Below, piece by piece: positions 37,970-64,000 of a stretch of DNA of 64,000 nt; the first letter of the stretch is position 1; the number at the start of each line of letters is the position of its first letter. The translations under genes and the position numbers were made by a program. The stretch comes from Chrysomallon squamiferum. Taxonomy: Eukaryota > Animalia > Mollusca. The notes under the pieces are model-generated. The model saw only the letters and a program-made list of their open reading frames with translations, made no database searches and was not told the DNA's origin. The DNA is taken from assembly GCA_012295275.1 (NCBI GenBank), contig CM022671.1, positions 558,001 through 622,000 of the forward strand. Direction: 5' to 3'.

Positions 37970-40900
37970 GCACATCAATAACAATCCTCAAGTAAAAACA
38001 ATCTCACAGGTTTTAAGTCACCTCAGCAAATTGTACAATCAATCCAGTAGTTCTTTAGTAACTGATGTCATACTTTACTGCTTCATGCGTAGGAGTAATT
38101 AAAAATGAGTGTGTGTGTGATTAACTATAAGAATGTATATATAATGTACATTAATACAACTATAAACTGAAGAAAAACAATCTGTAGTTGTGTTATTTTT
38201 TTTTATTATCTATTTATTTTTTTAAATAGATAAATTATTTAAAAAATAAAAACAAAATAATATGAAAATCCATCTTAATACATTTTATAATGTATTTACT
38301 GTTCAATATATGATACTGCTGGCTTTGAGAACTGCAAAATACCAGGTACTAAAATGTTCTTGATAAAACAGTCAAACATTAATTTCTGAAACAAAAACCA
38401 AAATAAAACCTGCAATAAGTTCAGCTGAGTTACATACTTAGTTATGTTTCATGACATTATGACATCACTTACCAAAGAACAAACTGCAATCAAAGGCATT
38501 CAAAGAACATTCCAGAGGGAATGTTCTTGGGCATTCATATTTAAACCTAGCTATCTGGTCAACACTCACATCACAAATGTTTCTGGTTAGCACTAACTGG
38601 ATAGCAAACTATCAGTTAATCCACATTAATCAAGTTATTAGTCTTGATATAGTATTCTTTTATCACACATTATATTAATTTTAAAAATACATGATCAGTT
38701 TTAATGACCTATGGATATTTGAATTATCTGAATGGAGAGATGCATGATGTGGATAATCTGAAGAATTCAAACCAAAATATTCATCAAAAGAAACGGTAAA
38801 TGTTTTTCTATCAAAATCAAATCATTAATATTAACAGAAACAGAAATTATTTACTGTAAAAGAGTTACATCGTTAAACTTTCACTTTTGTTATAAATGTA
38901 CATACAAATTATAACTACTAAAAAAATATTAAAAATTAAAATTCCTTTTTTGTATTACATATTTTATCAAACTTTTTTTTATATACTTGATCATGTCTTA
39001 AATAATTGTATGTCTTTAAAAAATACATTTTTGGTAAATTAATGAACAAGGATTTCAGAATAACAATTGATATTAAAGTTATATAATGGATTTTAAAAAT
39101 AGCATCTGTTAAGAAAGCCTTAATAAAAATAGCAGCAGCAACCATTAAAATTATGGAGTAGAGCACTTAAAACAAAAAGACTTGCTAAAGTTAAAACCTG
39201 TTCCTTCCTATACAGTAAGTGAAATCAGAAACACTTGTGTTGCAAGTAGTTGACTAAAGAACACTAAATTAGGTTAGATTTTGGCAAATTTGTTCATTAA
39301 GGTGTCTATCTTCATCAGTAACAAAAATATAATATCCCCTGAATTGATGGTATGAAAGTTTGCAGTACAAATGATATTATTGTATCACTCATTAAAACAC
39401 AGTTAAAACAGTGGCTGGCACACTCCTAAATTGACATACCTCTGGCCATATTCTGTTACATTAAACAGAAAGAACCAAAAACAACAACCTTTCATATATT
39501 AACAACCAAGCAAAAATTAATAAATAAATAAATAAATAAATTAATTAATAAAATGAAATAAAATAAAACAAAATAAAACAAACAAAATAATAAATAATAA
39601 TAAAAATAATAATAAACAAACTCAATGTAACACAATACTAGATCCTTTTGGAGCCACTTAAAAATAATAATGTATTTGACAAGGTGTTATGGCACGGCTA
39701 ACATTGCCATCCAAATTTAAAATTTTTCAAATGAAAGGACAAAATACAAAACTGCAAATTTATAAAGTGAATGACAACACTGTACAAGTAATATACAATT
39801 TGATTTTGTCAAAATCCCTATAAATATACAACAAATTATTTAAAAGAGATCGTTTATTTTCACTTTTTTAAAATCACATTCACACGCACTCAGACACAAA
39901 ACTTCATTAATAATTTACACACAGCAATACATCTTTTGTACTGTATGGGACATGTTAAGTATTAAAACAATTGCTTTTTAAAAAAAAAACAAAAAAAAAA
40001 AGACACTGAAACAAGCACCACAGTTCAAACTGATGAGGATTCACAGCTAAAATGATTAAAAATTATTTCTCTCCAGCCTATCATATATATAATATATGCA
40101 TAGAAATAATTTTTAAAAAAAAAGGATGCCTAAAATGTATATAAATAAATAAATAATTAATAAATAAATGTAATACAAAACAGCAACAAAAGCATATATA
40201 CTGATGGATAAAAATACTAGAATGTTATAATAATGGTAATAAAATGAAAATGGTTTTTTGCCAAAATGGCTATTGCACGTGAAAAAGAGACAATATCTTC
40301 ACAATCCAGTAATGAAGGTACCGACAAAATTCTGCAGCAGAAAATAAAATCTGCCAGACAATTTAATAAATAAATAATCAAATATTACAAACATGAGAAA
40401 GCTAAAATAGAAAACCAGGTATAAACATGCAAGCAAAATATGTACTGTCTAATGCACTGTGTAAAAATATGACAAAGTGGTAAAATACAAAGGAATTGTC
40501 TTTGGTCATGTTAAAATAAAGAACCCTGGCAATCCCCAAAAAACAAGAAACAACTATGTCATACAACAAACAAAAGAAAAACAGTATACAGATCATTCTG
40601 TTGAAAACTAGTATGGCAGTAAGTCAATGTTAAATACTGTAAAATAAGCATCATTATTTAAAAGTCTTTTGTCAGCAATAAAATATACCATTCCAGGACA
40701 CATAATAAAATATAATATTTATCAGTCAAAATATATACACTATCAAACATTTCCAAAGAATTCTTGAAAGCCCTGCTAAAAAAAAGTAGAGGATAACACA
40801 AACAGGAGAAGATGGTGAAATCCAAACCAGTTTCCAGCATAAAATGTTTTTTTTTTTCACAACTCCTGTATTTGAGCTGACAGCTATATCTTGCTGTCCT

Positions 40901-42124
40901 TCAAAACATCATCACATTCTTGCATCAGCCAAATTCAGTCTTGGCTGAAATCTCTGGATCTGAGAACATTATCTGACTGGACCAGCCAAAGCACGTCCCT
41001 TGGGTGAAGAGAAAACAGGGAAGTCGGTTTATCCATATTTTGGGGTTTTTTGGAAACTCTTAAGTATCCCTTTTATTTGGCCTCGGTCTGCCAAAGGAGG
41101 TGGAAAACAAAACAAAATAAGACTTCCATTATCTTCAGACCTGCCACTGTAGAGGAATTTAGAAAAATAAAAATAAGAACAAAAACTGAAATGTAATGTA
41201 TTAAAATGTTTCTGCATTGTTAGCCATGTTGGACATGCTGGTTAGTCTAGGCTGCTGCCATAAAACATAAAAAATGGTAATCTGGAAGTCATCATGCAGA
41301 TTTTCAATCAACAAGTCTAGAAAATGATTGTAGAAGTAACAATGTCTTTATATTTTCTTTTTGCTGATCCATTGTCTCTAGTATCAATACACATTCTCAC
41401 ATATCAGAACAGAATCATTGTGAATTCTTGTTAGAAGTACATTAATCTTAACAAGGCAAACAGATCAAGATATTTTTTTTTTTTAAGGTAAAAAGAATCA
41501 CACATCTTGTATGCAATATCACATTAATTTTGTTTCAGTCTGTATATATGTACACATAATTTTAAGCAGTCAAGAAATGAGAGAAAATCCTTGAACAGCA
41601 ATGGGTTATTGAAAACAAAACAAAATGACGATACAACAAATTAAAATTATCACTAAATCACAATGTTAATGTACTGTTTTACATGTTGAGTTGTAACCAG
41701 CCCGCTGGTTTTTGTCAAGAGCACGTAACTATTTTAGCTAGGAAAGTGTCAGTATCTGCTACAGATGTCAGGATTGTGCTAGAGGTGTCATTACACTATG
41801 TCAGTATTAAATACTCATGTCAAAACTATATGCCAGTGCTGGGTGCTGGCATGACATGAATGCCAGAGTCAAGTTTTGGTGGGTATGCTGGCCAAGCACA
41901 ACTGAACTCACACCTGCATGCTACTGACTAAATCAAAGTAAATCACAATCTGAACCTTGTTAATATTTAGTGGAAGCATGCCAAGTAATCACTTCTGGGT
42001 TTTTTCAGGGTTTTTTAAAAGACAAAACTTCAATCTTATCTTGACATTAAGTCTCAAGCAATCACTCATAAGGCAGTTAAAAAACAACAACATGCTGTGC
42101 CTGACGTCAGGCTGTTAGCAATCG

Positions 42125-63818
<21,694 letters not shown>

Positions 63819-64000
63819 CTGAAATACATTATAAGTAAGTATGTAAACACCAACCATTAAAAGAGTTTTGTTTACAGTACACAACCTTATTTTAAATTCA
63901 TGTTATGTATGAACAGTAATATGCCTGTCCTGCTCTAATGAAAGAAAATATATTAAACTTTGGCCAAAATGAAACCATGAATCTCAAGCAAGTTTTATTT

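Overview
AT-rich, microsatellite-rich, intron-containing animal DNA. It is probably a mollusc, possibly a cephalopod, but that is inferred from composition and protein similarity only. It is not prokaryotic, and most entries in the ORF track are low-complexity noise. Five spliced protein-coding genes were reconstructed by hand from GT/AG boundaries and codon phase: (1) the 5' end of a GRK2/beta-ARK-type kinase (minus strand, 3 exons, continues off the left edge); (2) a complete 12-exon ZIFL-like MFS transporter (plus); (3) complete DENR (minus, with a 20-nt microexon); (4) an ADP-ribosylglycohydrolase-family gene (minus, with one GC-AG intron, one missing canonical donor and an unresolved start); (5) the 3' half of an L-type Cav1 alpha-1 subunit (minus, from domain III S5 to the PDZ tail). 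Most notable beyond these: candidate 9-nt and 18-nt microexons with UGC/Rbfox motifs in the Cav1 IVS3-S4 intron; a poly-Glu cassette exon in the Cav1 tail; an unassigned, partly decayed plus-strand transcription unit facing away from the ARH gene; a 244-bp MITE with TIRs and a 4-bp TSD; and a mosaic CpG pattern. I found no evidence of a wholly new multi-gene system, and no tRNA, rRNA or CRISPR features.
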